Of a stretch of 64,000 nt of DNA, positions 18,736 through 30,113 are shown piece after piece; the first letter of the stretch is position 1, and each line of letters starts with the position of its first letter. This DNA comes from Azolla caroliniana (Eukaryota; Plantae; Polypodiophyta), in the NCBI GenBank assembly GCA_043228905.1, contig JBHGNT010000021.1, positions 2,480,001-2,544,000 of the forward strand, in the 5' to 3' direction. Both the position numbers and the translations under genes were made by a program. The notes under the pieces are model-generated. The model was not told where the DNA came from, did no database searches, and was given only the letters and a program-made list of their open reading frames with translations.

Positions 18736-21700
18736 ACACACACAAGACTTCTTATTCCACAAAGAGACAATACAACACCCAACCTTACGAAAAGGTTACA
18801 AGGTCACTATATATAGTGACCGACTTAGGGCAACTACCCTTTATGATAATTACACAAATGGCCTAAAGGGATAGTGTGAATACGTCCATTATACACTTGT
18901 ATTCGACACTCCCCCGTAATGGGCGTATACATGGGTTATCTAAGATTACAGGTATAGACTTAGGTTCTCGGACATATCAGCTTTGTTCGAGATGGGAGGG
19001 TCCGAAGGCAGAAGACCGAACTGGTCGGGTCGGAACAGTTGAAGCCGATCATTGAGGAACTGATGTCGGTTGTCGGGAACCATCCTGCGTTGTGTCCGGC
19101 TCTAACCGGACTGGTTTGTCGTTACGCCCATCTGATGCCGAAGAGACCGAAAGCGGTCTGCCGAAAGACACTTGGTCATTCCATGGTTCGGTTCGGACCG
19201 AAAAGAATGCCATGGTCTTTTGTGCCAGCCAGATATCTGAACACATGCTTGACTGCGTTCCAATGCGATCGGCCAGGATTGTGCATAAATCTGCTAACGA
19301 CTCCTACGGCATGAGATATATCAGGCCGTGTCGCGACCATCAGGTACATAAGGGAGCCGACTGCCGGTGCATACGGTACCGACTTCATATCTTCCCCCTC
19401 CGGGCCGGATGTCGGGCAGTCTCGCTGAGAGAGCCGAAGATTCATTGGGAGCGGGGTTGAAGCAGATTTGGCTGATTGCATGTTGAAGCGTTCCAAGACA
19501 CGTCCGATATAGTCGGTCTGAGACAAAAAAAGATGTCGTTTATCGCGATGCCGACTAATCTTCATGCCAAGGATGTGTCGTGCCGGACCGAGGTCCTTCA
19601 TGGCAAACTTCAACCGCAGTTGCCGAACGAGATCGGCAAGTTCGCCCGCGTGGCGTCCAGAAATTAGCATGTCGTCCACGTAAATGATGAGGAAGATGGG
19701 TGATCCATCTTGAGCTGTGTTGGTGAAGAGACAATGGTCCTCATCGCTTTTGGAGAAGCCGATCGATTGGATGAAGTCGTCGAACTTCTTGTACCATTGT
19801 CGCGGTGCCTGTTTGAGGCCGTATAGACTCTTCCTGAGTCGGCAGACTAGATGTTCTTGGCCAGGTGCCACGAAGCCTTTTGGCTGCTCCATATAAATTT
19901 CCTCCTCGAGATCACCATGGAGGAAGGCTGTTTTGACATCTAGCTGAATCAGCTCCAAGTTGTCGGCTGCCACTACGCCGAGTAGAAAACGAAGGGTTGT
20001 CATTTTCACCACTGGTGAAAAAATCTCGTCGAAGTCGACGCCATATTCTTGTCGGAAGCCCTTCGCAACTAATCTGGCCTTGTACTTTGGGGTGGTCGAA
20101 TCATACGTCTCTTTTAGTCGATAAACCCACTTGCAAGGAAGAGCACGTCGGTTCCTAGGTAATTCGACCAGATCCCAAGTCTTGTTTGCCCGAATGGAGT
20201 GCATTTCCGACTCCATCGCCAGATGCCAGGTGACGGAATCGACAGATGTCGATGCTTCTTCGTAAGACGTCGGTTCGCCGGCGTCGGTGAAGAAAATTCC
20301 AGGAGAATACCTCTCCGGAGGTTGCGACAGTCTCTCGGATCGTCGAGGTATGATTGGACTGGTCGCATCGGGTATCAAGGTCGGATGGTCCGAAAGCGGA
20401 TTGTTCTGCTGTGCCGAGTCGGAGTTGTCCGAGTCGGTAGTGTAAGGTTCAGCTACCCGTGTGTTGAGAGCGGGGCCTTCTTGAAGGGTCGGCACATCGG
20501 AAAATGTTACCCTTCGGACTTCGATCGGTTTTTCGACTGATGGATTCATAGCCGACTCGTTGAACACAACGTCCGAACTTCGGACGATTTGTCTGCGTTC
20601 GGGATCCCAGAGTCGGTATCCCATTTCGCCGTCGGATCCATATCCAAGGAAAATGCATTTCCTGGACCGAGGTGCAAGTTTTCGGCGATCATCTTTCGGA
20701 ATAAGGGCGTACGCCTCGCATCCGAAGATCCTCAGCTTGTCGTAATTCGGCTTACTGCCGATCCATCGTTCCTGAGGAATTTGAAGTCCTAGAGGTCTAC
20801 TTGGCGACATATTGATTATGTGTACTGCCGTGAGTAGAGCCTCTGCCCAGAAGCCATCCGACAGTCCGGAGTGTTGGAGCATGGAAACTATCCGTTCTTG
20901 GATTGTCCGATTCATTCGTTCTGCAATCCCGTTTTGCTCCGGACTGTGTGGTGCCGTAAATTCACGTCGGATGCCGCGTTGTCGGCAGAATTTGACGAAT
21001 TCTTCTGATTTGAACTCTCCCCCATTGTCTGTCCGAAGGCATTTCAGTTTTTGGTCAGTTTGATTTTCTACCATAGCGAGCCAATCGGAGAAGATCGAGA
21101 AGACACGATCTTTGGTGCGAATTGGATAAGCCCACACCTTTCGAGTCGAATCGTCAATAAAACTGACGAAGTAAGAGGCACCGCCAAGAGACTGATGCGG
21201 CATCGGGCCACAGACGTCCGAGTGGACCAAATCGAGAGGTCTCGTTTCTCTTGGTGCTGATGTCGGGTGTGATGCGGCTGCTTGTTTGCCATACTGGCAA
21301 TGCTCGCAGAATTGATGGTCGGAGAAGGAGAGTTTGGGGATGTATCCGGCTCTAGATAGATGCGTGATGCCGGCCTTGCTGAGGTGTCCTAATCTTCTGT
21401 GCCATAGTGATGACACAGGAATATCCACCAAAAACAGGTTACCCTCTCTGAGCGTAACATGTAACGGATACAGGGAGTGTATCTTGGGTCCTCTAGCAAG
21501 CAGGAGGTTCCCCCTGTGGAGTGTCCACCCTCCCGAAGAAAAACCGGCACGAATGCCGTCTTCATCTAGTTGTCCGACTGAGATCAATGGCCTTGAGAGC
21601 TCGGGTACATGTCGGACATTGTGGAGTACAAGTGTAGAGCCACCTGCAAGGTTGAGCTCTACTGTGCCGATTCCGATGATGTCACAGTGTTGCGAGTTAC

Positions 21701-23672
21701 CGACTCGAACTGAGTCGGAGTGACGGATCGTATATTGCCGAAATTGGGATCGATGAGGAGTCACGTGAAATGACGCGCCCGAATCTAAGAGCCATGTGCT
21801 CGACTCTTCAGTCGTGAGTAGAACTTCTGATCCGACTGGATTTTCGATTGATAGTATATTCGGGTCGTCTGGTAGCACATCAGCTGAGAAGCTGACGTAA
21901 TTGATCTCCTCATGCCGGCCACTCTTCTTGTTGTTCTTGTTCTTGAGTGCGCGGCAGTCGGCTTTGATGTGTCCGGGTTTCTTGCAATAGTTGCAGATTC
22001 GGTTATCCCGTGACTGGCTCCGTCTTCGCTGACTGTTCGGCGGCCGTGAGGAATCTCTTCCTCGTATGTTCGATCGGTCTGTCGAACCTTGTACTACATA
22101 AGCGTCGTCTGTTGAGTCTTTGGCGAAAGACTTTCTCCGAGCTGCTTCGGTCAGGATTGCGCTCGTGACTTCGGAGTATTTAACAGCCGTGGTTGAAGCG
22201 TTGCACACGGTTGTGACGAAAGTTTCCCATGATGAGGGAAGGCTACTCATGAGTATCATTGCTCTGAGTTCATCCTCAATTGCCGTCCCCTGTGACGAGA
22301 TTTGGGAGCTTATGCTTTCGTACTCATTTAGGTGTGCTTGAACCGAGTCGGATTCTTTCATCCGCAAGTTGTAGAGGCGCCGGATCAGAAACATCTTTGT
22401 TGCGGCGACCTTCTTTTCGTAAGTGTCCGACAGTGTTTTCCACAGTTCGAATGCTGTCGTACACGATTGCACCGTAAAGTATACCGATTCCGATAGGTGC
22501 ATCCGAATCGTGGCGCGGACGATTCTGTCCAGCTTCTGCCACTCAATTGGTTTGTATCCTTCTGGAGGTTCTTCATTTTCGATGGGATCGATTTGCCCCT
22601 TGACTATGAGATAGTCCTGCATTTGTTCCTTCCAGAAGTTGAAGTTCGATCCATCGAACTTGCGTAGACTCATTTCTGACGAGCCGGATGTTGATGCCAT
22701 CAAATTTGGTTTCGGTTGACGGAGCTCGGTTCGGAGTTGACTACGAACCTTGTTGGAGTGCAGCCGGTTGGCTCACCCGATATCGTTCTAGTCAGATTTG
22801 AACCCGAGTCGGTTCGGCTTCGGAACTTGCTCGAATTGACTCCGGTAGCTTGAGGGACAGAACCGACTGGTCTTCCCGAATGTTGCCGAGTCGGAGTGAG
22901 CCCGGTTCGCTTCGGATATATATATGCCGAATACCGATTATTGAAACCGATTATCTGGACCGATTCTGCTTCGGGTGGCTGCAGCGACGAGAGAGACAGA
23001 TCCAACTGATCCTCCCGAATGTCGATCAGCCGGATGAAGCGCGAATTGGGGTTGTTGTCTTGAGACCGATCTGCACCGAGTGGTTACAACGAGCGGCGAG
23101 CAGCGTTTAATGACCTTTTCGGATGCTGTTTAACCGAGTGGAGCACGATCGTGTCAATGTTGCACAAGGGGATTTCACCTCGAGCGGTTACGATCACAAG
23201 GAACAGAGTACAACCTGCTGGCTTACTCCAAGCGAAGATGATCTAACGCGATGAGATGCAAGCCTCGTTTTTCTTCTTCTTCTCTCTTCTTCGAATGACG
23301 CAAGAAACCGAATGCTGTGCAGGCTGAGACGACGGCCGACAGCGGGATGAAGGACCGAATACTGTGCAGGCTCTGATACCAGATGTTGGAGACGAGGTCG
23401 TCAATGCGGAAGATCAAGAAGCATTCGATTCTTGTTGAATACCTGCGTATGACAGATTGTAGGTCGTGCACAAAGAGAGAGAGAGAGAGAGAGAGAGACA
23501 CACACACAAGACTTCTTATTCCACAAAGAGACAATACAACACCCAACCTTACGAAAAGGTTACAAGGTCACTATATATAGTGACCGACTTAGGCCAACTA
23601 CCCTTTATGATAATTACACAAATGGCCTAAAGGGATAGTGTGAATACGTCCATTATACACTTGTATTCGACA
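18588..23672 (-). mobile_element. Ty1/copia family A, copy A2, with RNase H deletion
   Basis: LTRs at 18588-18908 and 23384-23672, PBS at 23369-23381, TSD CCCGC/CCCGG (4 of 5 match). Inserted into the 3' LTR of E. Confidence 0.95.
19176..22703 (-). CDS. Copia Gag-Pol, 1175 aa, lacking RNase H
   Basis: Open from MMASTSG through RT. The junction at 19184/19185 removes 403 bp (equivalent to 3951-4353 of A1). Confidence 0.9.
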   Translation of the reverse strand: MMASTSGSSEMSLRKFDGSNFNFWKEQMQDYLIVKGQIDPIENEEPPEGYKPIEWQKLDRIVRATIRMHLSESVYFTVQSCTTAFELWKTLSDTYEKKVAATKMFLIRRLYNLRMKESDSVQAHLNEYESISSQISSQGTAIEDELRAMILMSSLPSSWETFVTTVCNASTTAVKYSEVTSAILTEAARRKSFAKDSTDDAYVVQGSTDRSNIRGRDSSRPPNSQRRRSQSRDNRICNYCKKPGHIKADCRALKNKNNKKSGRHEEINYVSFSADVLPDDPNILSIENPVGSEVLLTTEESSTWLLDSGASFHVTPHRSQFRQYTIRHSDSVRVGNSQHCDIIGIGTVELNLAGGSTLVLHNVRHVPELSRPLISVGQLDEDGIRAGFSSGGWTLHRGNLLLARGPKIHSLYPLHVTLREGNLFLVDIPVSSLWHRRLGHLSKAGITHLSRAGYIPKLSFSDHQFCEHCQYGKQAAASHPTSAPRETRPLDLVHSDVCGPMPHQSLGGASYFVSFIDDSTRKVWAYPIRTKDRVFSIFSDWLAMVENQTDQKLKCLRTDNGGEFKSEEFVKFCRQRGIRREFTAPHSPEQNGIAERMNRTIQERIVSMLQHSGLSDGFWAEALLTAVHIINMSPSRPLGLQIPQERWIGSKPNYDKLRIFGCEAYALIPKDDRRKLAPRSRKCIFLGYGSDGEMGYRLWDPERRQIVRSSDVVFNESAMNPSVEKPIEVRRVTFSDVPTLQEGPALNTRVAEPYTTDSDNSDSAQQNNPLSDHPTLIPDATSPIIPRRSERLSQPPERYSPGIFFTDAGEPTSYEEASTSVDSVTWHLAMESEMHSIRANKTWDLVELPRNRRALPCKWVYRLKETYDSTTPKYKARLVAKGFRQEYGVDFDEIFSPVVKMTTLRFLLGVVAADNLELIQLDVKTAFLHGDLEEEIYMEQPKGFVAPGQEHLVCRLRKSLYGLKQAPRQWYKKFDDFIQSIGFSKSDEDHCLFTNTAQDGSPIFLIIYVDDMLISGRHAGELADLVRQLRLKFAMKDLGPARHILGMKISRHRDKRHLFLSQTDYIGRVLERFNMQSAKSASTPLPMNLRLSQRDCPTSGPEGEDMKSVPYAPAVGSLMYLMVATRPDISHAVGVVSRFMHNPGRSHWNAVKHVFRYLAGTKDHGILFGPNRTME

Positions 23673-23711
23673 CCCGGCTCTTCCTACACGCGAACGCGAA
23701 ATTTCGTGACA

Positions 23712-26700
23712 GCGGATCAGAAGAGTAGCCGGCAAGATGAGGTCAACTACGTCGACTCTTCAGCCGAAATTTTGACGACCAACCCGAACATACTGTCCAT
23801 AGAGAACCCAGTCGAATCAGAAGTTCTGCTTACGACTGAGGAAACGAGCACATGGCTCCTGGACTCGGGCGCATCGTATCATGTGACACCTCACCGATCT
23901 TAGTTTCGGCAATACTTGGACCAGCACTCCGACTCAGTTCGAGTCGGAAACTCGCAGCACTGTGCTATAATCGAAATTGGCACCGTAGAGCTCAATCTTC
24001 CCGAAGGCTCTACACTCGTACTACACAATGTCCGACACGTTCCTGAGCTTTCAAGACCCTTGATCTCAGTCGGACAACTTGACGAAGCCGGCATCCGTGT
24101 CGGATTCTCATCAGGAGGGTGAACACTCCACAAAGGGAACCTCTTGCTTGCTCGAGGACCAAAGGTACATTCCTTGTATCCTTTATATGTCACACTCAAA
24201 GAGGGTGACTTATTTTTTGTCGATATCCTCGTGTCATCGTTATGGCACGGACAACTTGGACACCTCAGCAAGGCCAGCATAACGCACATATCCATAGCCG
24301 GTTACATCCCCAAACTCTCCTTCTCGGATCACCAATTCTACGAGCATTGCCAGTACGGCAAACAAGTAGCCACATCACACCCGACATCAGCACCAAGAGA
24401 ATTGAGTCCCCTCGATTTGGTCCCCTATGTCACATCAGTCTCTCGATGGTGCTTCGTACTTCGTTAGTTTTATTAACGACTCGACTCAGAAGGTGTGGGC
24501 TTACCCCATTAGAACCAAAGATCGGGTGTTCTCGATCTTCTCCGAATGGCTTGCAATGGTCGAAAATCAGACCGGTCGGAAACTAAAATGTCTCCGAACC
24601 GATAATGGAGGAGAATTCAAGTCTGAAGAATTCGTCAAATTCTGTCGGGAACGCGGCATTCAACGTGAATATACAACACCTTATAGTTCGGAGCAGAACG
24701 GAATTGCTAAATGCATGAATCAGACGATTCAAGAACGCGTAGTATCCATGCGCCAACACTTCGGACAGTCGGATGGCTTCTGGGCGGAGGCTCTACTTAC
24801 GGCAGTACACATAATAAATATGTCACCAAGTAGACCTCTAGGACTTCAAATACCTAAGGAAATATGGACCGGCAGTAAGCCGAATTATGATAAACTGAGG
24901 ATCTTTGGTTGCGAGGCGTATGCTCTCATACCGAAAGACGGCCACAGGAAACTTGAACCAAGGTCAAGGAAATGTGTTTTTCTTGGATATGGACCCAACG
25001 GCGAGATCAGATACCGACTCTGGGACCCCGAGCACAGACAAATCATCCGAAGTTCGGACGTCGTGTTCAACGAGTCGGCTATGCATAAAACGGCCGAAAG
25101 GCCTATTGAAGTCCGAAGGGTAATATTTTCCGAAGTGCCAACCCTTCATGACGGCCCAGCCCACAACACGAGATCGGTTTCACGGGTAACTGACAACTCT
25201 CGCTCCGAATCCACCGATTCGGCACAGCCGAATGGCTCAGCTCCCGACCATCCGACATTGACACCCGGTGTGACTAGTTCAGTCATACGTCGCAGATCCG
25301 AGAGACTGTCGCAACCTCCGGAGAGGTACTCTCCCGGAATTTTCTTTACCGACGCTGGTGAACCGACGTCTTACGAAGAAGCATCGGCATCTGCCGATTC
25401 AGCCACATGGCATATGGCGATGGAGTCGGAAATGCACTCCATTCGGGCAAACAAGACTTGGGACTTGGTCGAATTGCCGAAGAATCGACATGCTCTTCCG
25501 TGTAAGTGGGTCTATCGACTAAAAGAGACGTCCGACTTGACCACCCCAAAGTACAAGGCCGGATTAGTTGCGAAGGGATTTCGACAAGAATATGGCGTCG
25601 ACTTCGACGAAATCTTTTCACCAGTGGTGAAAATGACGACCCTTTGTTTCATGCGCAGCGTCGTGGCCGCCGACAACTTGGAGCTAATTCAGCTAGATGT
25701 AAAAACGGCATTCCTCCACGGTGACCTACAGGAGGAAATCTATATGGAGCAGCCGAAAGGCTTTGTGGCATCCGGCCAGGAACATCTAGTTTGCCGACTC
25801 AAGAAGAGTCTCTACGGCCTGAAACAAGCACCCCGACAGTGGTACAAGAAGTTCGACGACTTCATCCAATTGATCGACTTCTCAAAGAGCGATGAGGAGC
25901 ACTGTCTCTTCACCAAAACAGCTCAAGACGGGTCTCCCGTCTTCCTCATCATCTACGTGGACGACATGCTACTCTCCGGTCGGCATGCCAGAGAGCTCAC
26001 CGATCTCGTTCGGCAACTGCATTTGAAGTTTGCCATGAAGGACCTCGGTCCGGCAAGACACATACTTGGTATGAAGATTAGTCGGTATCGCGATACACGA
26101 CAACTTTTCTTGTCTCAAACCGACTACATCGGACGTGTCTTAGAACGCTTCAACATGCAATCGGCCAAGTCTAGTTCAATCCCGCTCCTCATTAACCTTC
26201 GGCTGTCTCAGCGAGACTGTCTGACATCCGGTCCAGAGGGGGAAGATATGAAGTCGGTACCGTATGCACCGGCAGTCGGCTCCCTCATGTACGCGATGGT
26301 TGCGACACGGCCTGATATTTCTCACGTCGTAGGGTTTAGGGTTGTCCACAGCGACTCGGCTCCAGTTGTCTACAGCGACAGTCAGGGTGTTGTTGCTTTG
26401 TCAAAAAATCTGGTTCACCACAACGCCTCTAAGCATATCAACGTTCGATATCACTTCGTTCGGGACTGCGTCATTTCAAGGAAAATCGGTCTCGAGAAGA
26501 TATCCACAACCAATAATGTCGTAGATGAAATGACCAAGTGTCTTTCGGCGGATCATTTCCGGTCCCTTCGGCACCAGATGGGCGTAACGAAAAATCGGTC
26601 CGATTAAAGTCGGACACACAGCACAGGATGGTTTCAGACCACCGACATTGGTTCTCTAAGGATCGGCTTTAGCTCTTCCGACCCGACGGATTCGGTCTTC

Positions 26701-27114
26701 TGTCTTCGGATATTGCCGACTCTAACAAAACCGATATGTCCGATAAACCTCGTATATATACCTGTAATTTCTTAAGATAACCCATGTATACGCCCATTAC
26801 GGGGGAGTGTCGAATACGAGTGTATAATGGCCGTATTCACACTGTCCCTTTGTACAACCCAAGTTCGGGCTATTTCTGTAAATAGCATAAAGGGTAGTTG
26901 CCCTAGGATAGTCACTATATAAAGTGACTTTGTAACCTTTAGTGAAGGTCGGTTGTAATTTGTAATTGTTGCTATTGGAATATAACGGTTCCTTTGTGCC
27001 TCTCTCTCTCTCTCTCTCTCTCTCCCTCTATGTCTATCTTGCTCATGCATACACAGGTTCTTCTTCATCACGAATCTTGCTTGCACTTCCGCATTGACGG
27101 CCTTGTCCTCAACA
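23712..27114 (+). mobile_element. Older diverged Ty1/copia G, a relative of family A, 5' part missing
   Basis: Degenerate protease, integrase and RT with stops (23901, 24120) and a frameshift; ORF 24427-26607. PPT at 26801-26807, 3' LTR at 26808-27114, right flank GGACC inside D gag. Confidence 0.9.
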
Positions 27115-28070
27115 GGACCCACCTTCTCCCGATCCTACGCATCCACGGACTTGATGAAGAGCAGGACACGGCTCGTGCCGAGCACGATCCTGTCCAACGC
27201 CGAGAGATGAGCAAACCGTTTCTCGAACTCCCAGAGGAACACCGACATGTTCCTCCCCTTTCCGGGGCTTTCGACCCATTCCATAAATTTTCGTTTCAAT
27301 AACTAAAGTTAGTCCTCGAACACGTCGTCATAGTGTATTCCACACACTACGTGAAAACCATAAAATAATATATCCGATTTTAGATACATATAACTAGATA
27401 AATAATATATCAAAAGAATTTATCACGTGCATAGGGCAAGATTCGAACCATGCACCTCCACATAGATAAACCCCAACTTTACCATTGTAATAACTTATCT
27501 TTAGTGTTATAAATATAGATTTAATACGTATAAGACCTTTATTTACACATACCTTTATTAAAAGGTAAAAATCATGTATTCTTTAGAGTGTGAATATTTT
27601 ATTTACACGTGACATTAAAAGTGACTCATGCACATCTAGCGTGCATGAGCCCTATATTTAGGAAATGACAAAGCATCACATGCACATTTAGTGTGCATGG
27701 ACACTTTAGGTGAAAAAGCATGAAGTCATGCTTAGCCTCTTCCATCTTTATATAAGGAGGAGAGAAATATGTATATGGTTGTTGATTAATATACAAGGAT
27801 TGATCAATCTAATATATTCGTGGGATTCACGAATTTTGCCATCTAAATTACTCTTATAATCTAAATATTGTTTTAATTACACTAAACTTGTGGGATTCAC
27901 GAGATTCCTATCTTACTTCTCTTCCTATTATTCATAACTAGCCTTAAGTTGTATTCCTCTTCCTCCTAGTCCAAAACCTCGGCGGTTCCCACCCGACTCA
28001 CGCAACGATCCGGAACCGAAAGGCTCGACACAGTTGGTGAACCCGACGTGAAGCACCGGGTGGCAAGGAG

Positions 28071-30113
28071 ATGGAAAATCAACCGGAGGCTAGCAACATG
28101 ATGATGATGTTCGAGCGCATGCTACAAGAACAACGCGCGATGTCGGAGATAGCGGCATTAGTGGAGCGGCTCGTGCAACGAAACGGGCAATTCAACGGGA
28201 AAGGAGTGTCGCGGTATCTTCGGGACTACAAGGCGGAGATGCTACGGTGCGGAATATCGGAAGGACTGCAAGTGACGTCCTTCAACCGGGTGGCGACCGA
28301 CGGGCTTCAAGCAAGCATCCATGGGCTACGACAACAAAATCCGACATGGGAGGCGTTTGAAGAAGAGCTAAAGAGGACATTCGCCATCGAGGATTCCTCC
28401 AAGGCGACGCGAAGGGGATTCGAAGATTGGGTGGAGACGCCGGACAAGGGATTGAAGGTCGTTGATGTGTTTTCGGCATTCGAAAGCCGGTTCGGGAGGT
28501 TGTCCGCGAGAGATCAAGCTATCCTCGTACCGGACAAGGTAATCATGTTCTTGCTAGCCGTGGACGTCCGGGACCGGAAAGATCTCGGAGTGCTCTTGGA
28601 GGACACGACCACGGAGAGCGGCCTCAACGAAACATGGGAAAGCGTGCGGGATATCATCGCGCGATACACGAAGAGGGGGCAATGGCTTGCCAACGAGGAA
28701 AAGAGGGTTTCGGAACCGATTCCGAAACCGAGAACCGGATTGGAAGACCATCAACCAAGGGCTCGACAGACTACGACCGAGAAGGGAATTGATGCATCTA
28801 CGGTGGAGCAACTATTGAAGGAGATGGAGAATCTGAAGATCGCGATGGTGAAGAAGACGGATGACCGCCCCACAAGCTCCAAGTATACGGACCGACGGTG
28901 CATATGGTGCGATAGCGCCGAACACGATCGGAGGGATTGCGACGAGCATAAGGAGGCGCTACGGCGGGATCTCATCTACTACGAGGGAAACCGGATTCAT
29001 TCGATGGACTCTCGGAAGCCACTCCGACCGAACTTCCGGAAAGGCGGCATGAAGAAGGTGCTCGAGGAGGAATTAGCGGCAAGAAGCAACTATGCGACAA
29101 CCGCGGGAATATGTGTCGGGGAATCATCGAGAGCAAAGACGTCTTTTTGGCCGGAAGTTCTAGAAAACACCGAGAAAACCGACTCCAACGAGATCCGAAG
29201 CACCGCGGAAGGCGTCCGGGAAGCTACGGGATGGGAGTGCCCTGTCGACAAGAATAGCGTATACGCCCTGTGTCAATTGCATAAAGTGTATGTGGACGAG
29301 AAACGACGACGCACGGAGGATGCGGCCGGGCCATCGAAGATACCGGAAAGTTGGAACTCCGGAGGTAAGGGAAAAGAAAAGGAGACTCCGGCATTCAAGC
29401 TCGCCTCGGACATAGAACAACAAACCGACTTGAAAAGAGTGTTCGAGGAAAGAATCTTGGATAGCCGGGTAGATTTCTCGCTTCGGGAGCTACTCGGAAT
29501 AGCAAAAAAGGAGTTCCACGATCTTCTCGTGGATCTCGTGAATCGAAAAAGACAAAGTACGGAGGAAAATGCTCCAAGGGTGAATGCGAACACCGTTTTA
29601 ATGAACGACACCGAAGCGGAGGACGAAATTCCGAACTCCCACTATACAAGGCCACATTGGGCACGCGCGACTACGGAGACTCCGGTCCGAATCGGCAACA
29701 TCAAAGAACCCGTGCTAGCATTGATTGATCACGGATCGGAGATCAACTTGATGTCCAAGGAGTTCTACCGGAAGGGGAAGTGGCCTATTAACACCAACCA
29801 TGGATGGAAGATTCGGGCGGCCACCAAAGCAACGGAAGATCTATTTGCGGCTTGTCCGGATGTGACGGTGAAGATCGAGGATGTCGAGATCGACCAAAAT
29901 TTCTTCGTGCAAGATGAGGTTTCACATTCCGTCATCCTCGGCCAACCCTTTATCACGGCATCACGGATGGAGACGAAGGTGCTCGATAGCAGTGCGGCTT
30001 TTGCGCGAATTCGGAGCCAAAACGGTGGGAAATCCGTCCAATTCCTAACGGTGCCGGCAAATCATGAAAGGAACAAGAGGGAACTCTTGTCCCAAGTGAC
30101 AATGGATTTTTAA
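28071..30113 (+). CDS. Element C Gag-protease, 680 aa
   Basis: CIWCDSAEHDRRDC knuckle and ALIDHGSEIN protease motif; ends GGATTTTTAA. Confidence 0.9.
   Translation: MENQPEASNMMMMFERMLQEQRAMSEIAALVERLVQRNGQFNGKGVSRYLRDYKAEMLRCGISEGLQVTSFNRVATDGLQASIHGLRQQNPTWEAFEEELKRTFAIEDSSKATRRGFEDWVETPDKGLKVVDVFSAFESRFGRLSARDQAILVPDKVIMFLLAVDVRDRKDLGVLLEDTTTESGLNETWESVRDIIARYTKRGQWLANEEKRVSEPIPKPRTGLEDHQPRARQTTTEKGIDASTVEQLLKEMENLKIAMVKKTDDRPTSSKYTDRRCIWCDSAEHDRRDCDEHKEALRRDLIYYEGNRIHSMDSRKPLRPNFRKGGMKKVLEEELAARSNYATTAGICVGESSRAKTSFWPEVLENTEKTDSNEIRSTAEGVREATGWECPVDKNSVYALCQLHKVYVDEKRRRTEDAAGPSKIPESWNSGGKGKEKETPAFKLASDIEQQTDLKRVFEERILDSRVDFSLRELLGIAKKEFHDLLVDLVNRKRQSTEENAPRVNANTVLMNDTEAEDEIPNSHYTRPHWARATTETPVRIGNIKEPVLALIDHGSEINLMSKEFYRKGKWPINTNHGWKIRAATKATEDLFAACPDVTVKIEDVEIDQNFFVQDEVSHSVILGQPFITASRMETKVLDSSAAFARIRSQNGGKSVQFLTVPANHERNKRELLSQVTMDF

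Larger units (their letters stand above)
6440..23711 (+). mobile_element. Ty3/gypsy element E (tRNA-Trp family), 5' part missing, interrupted by B, F and A2
   Basis: Protease tail and frameshift site at 6440-6565, RT to 8011, RNase H and integrase at 15905-17926 (premature TAA at 17246). The 3' LTR is split into 17996-18587 and 23673-23711. The right flank is GCGG, inside copia G gag. Confidence 0.9.

Noticed and set aside
19180-19190. A2 RNase H deletion as a spliced-out intron
   Set aside because: The missing segment ends in AG but starts with TC, not GT or GC.
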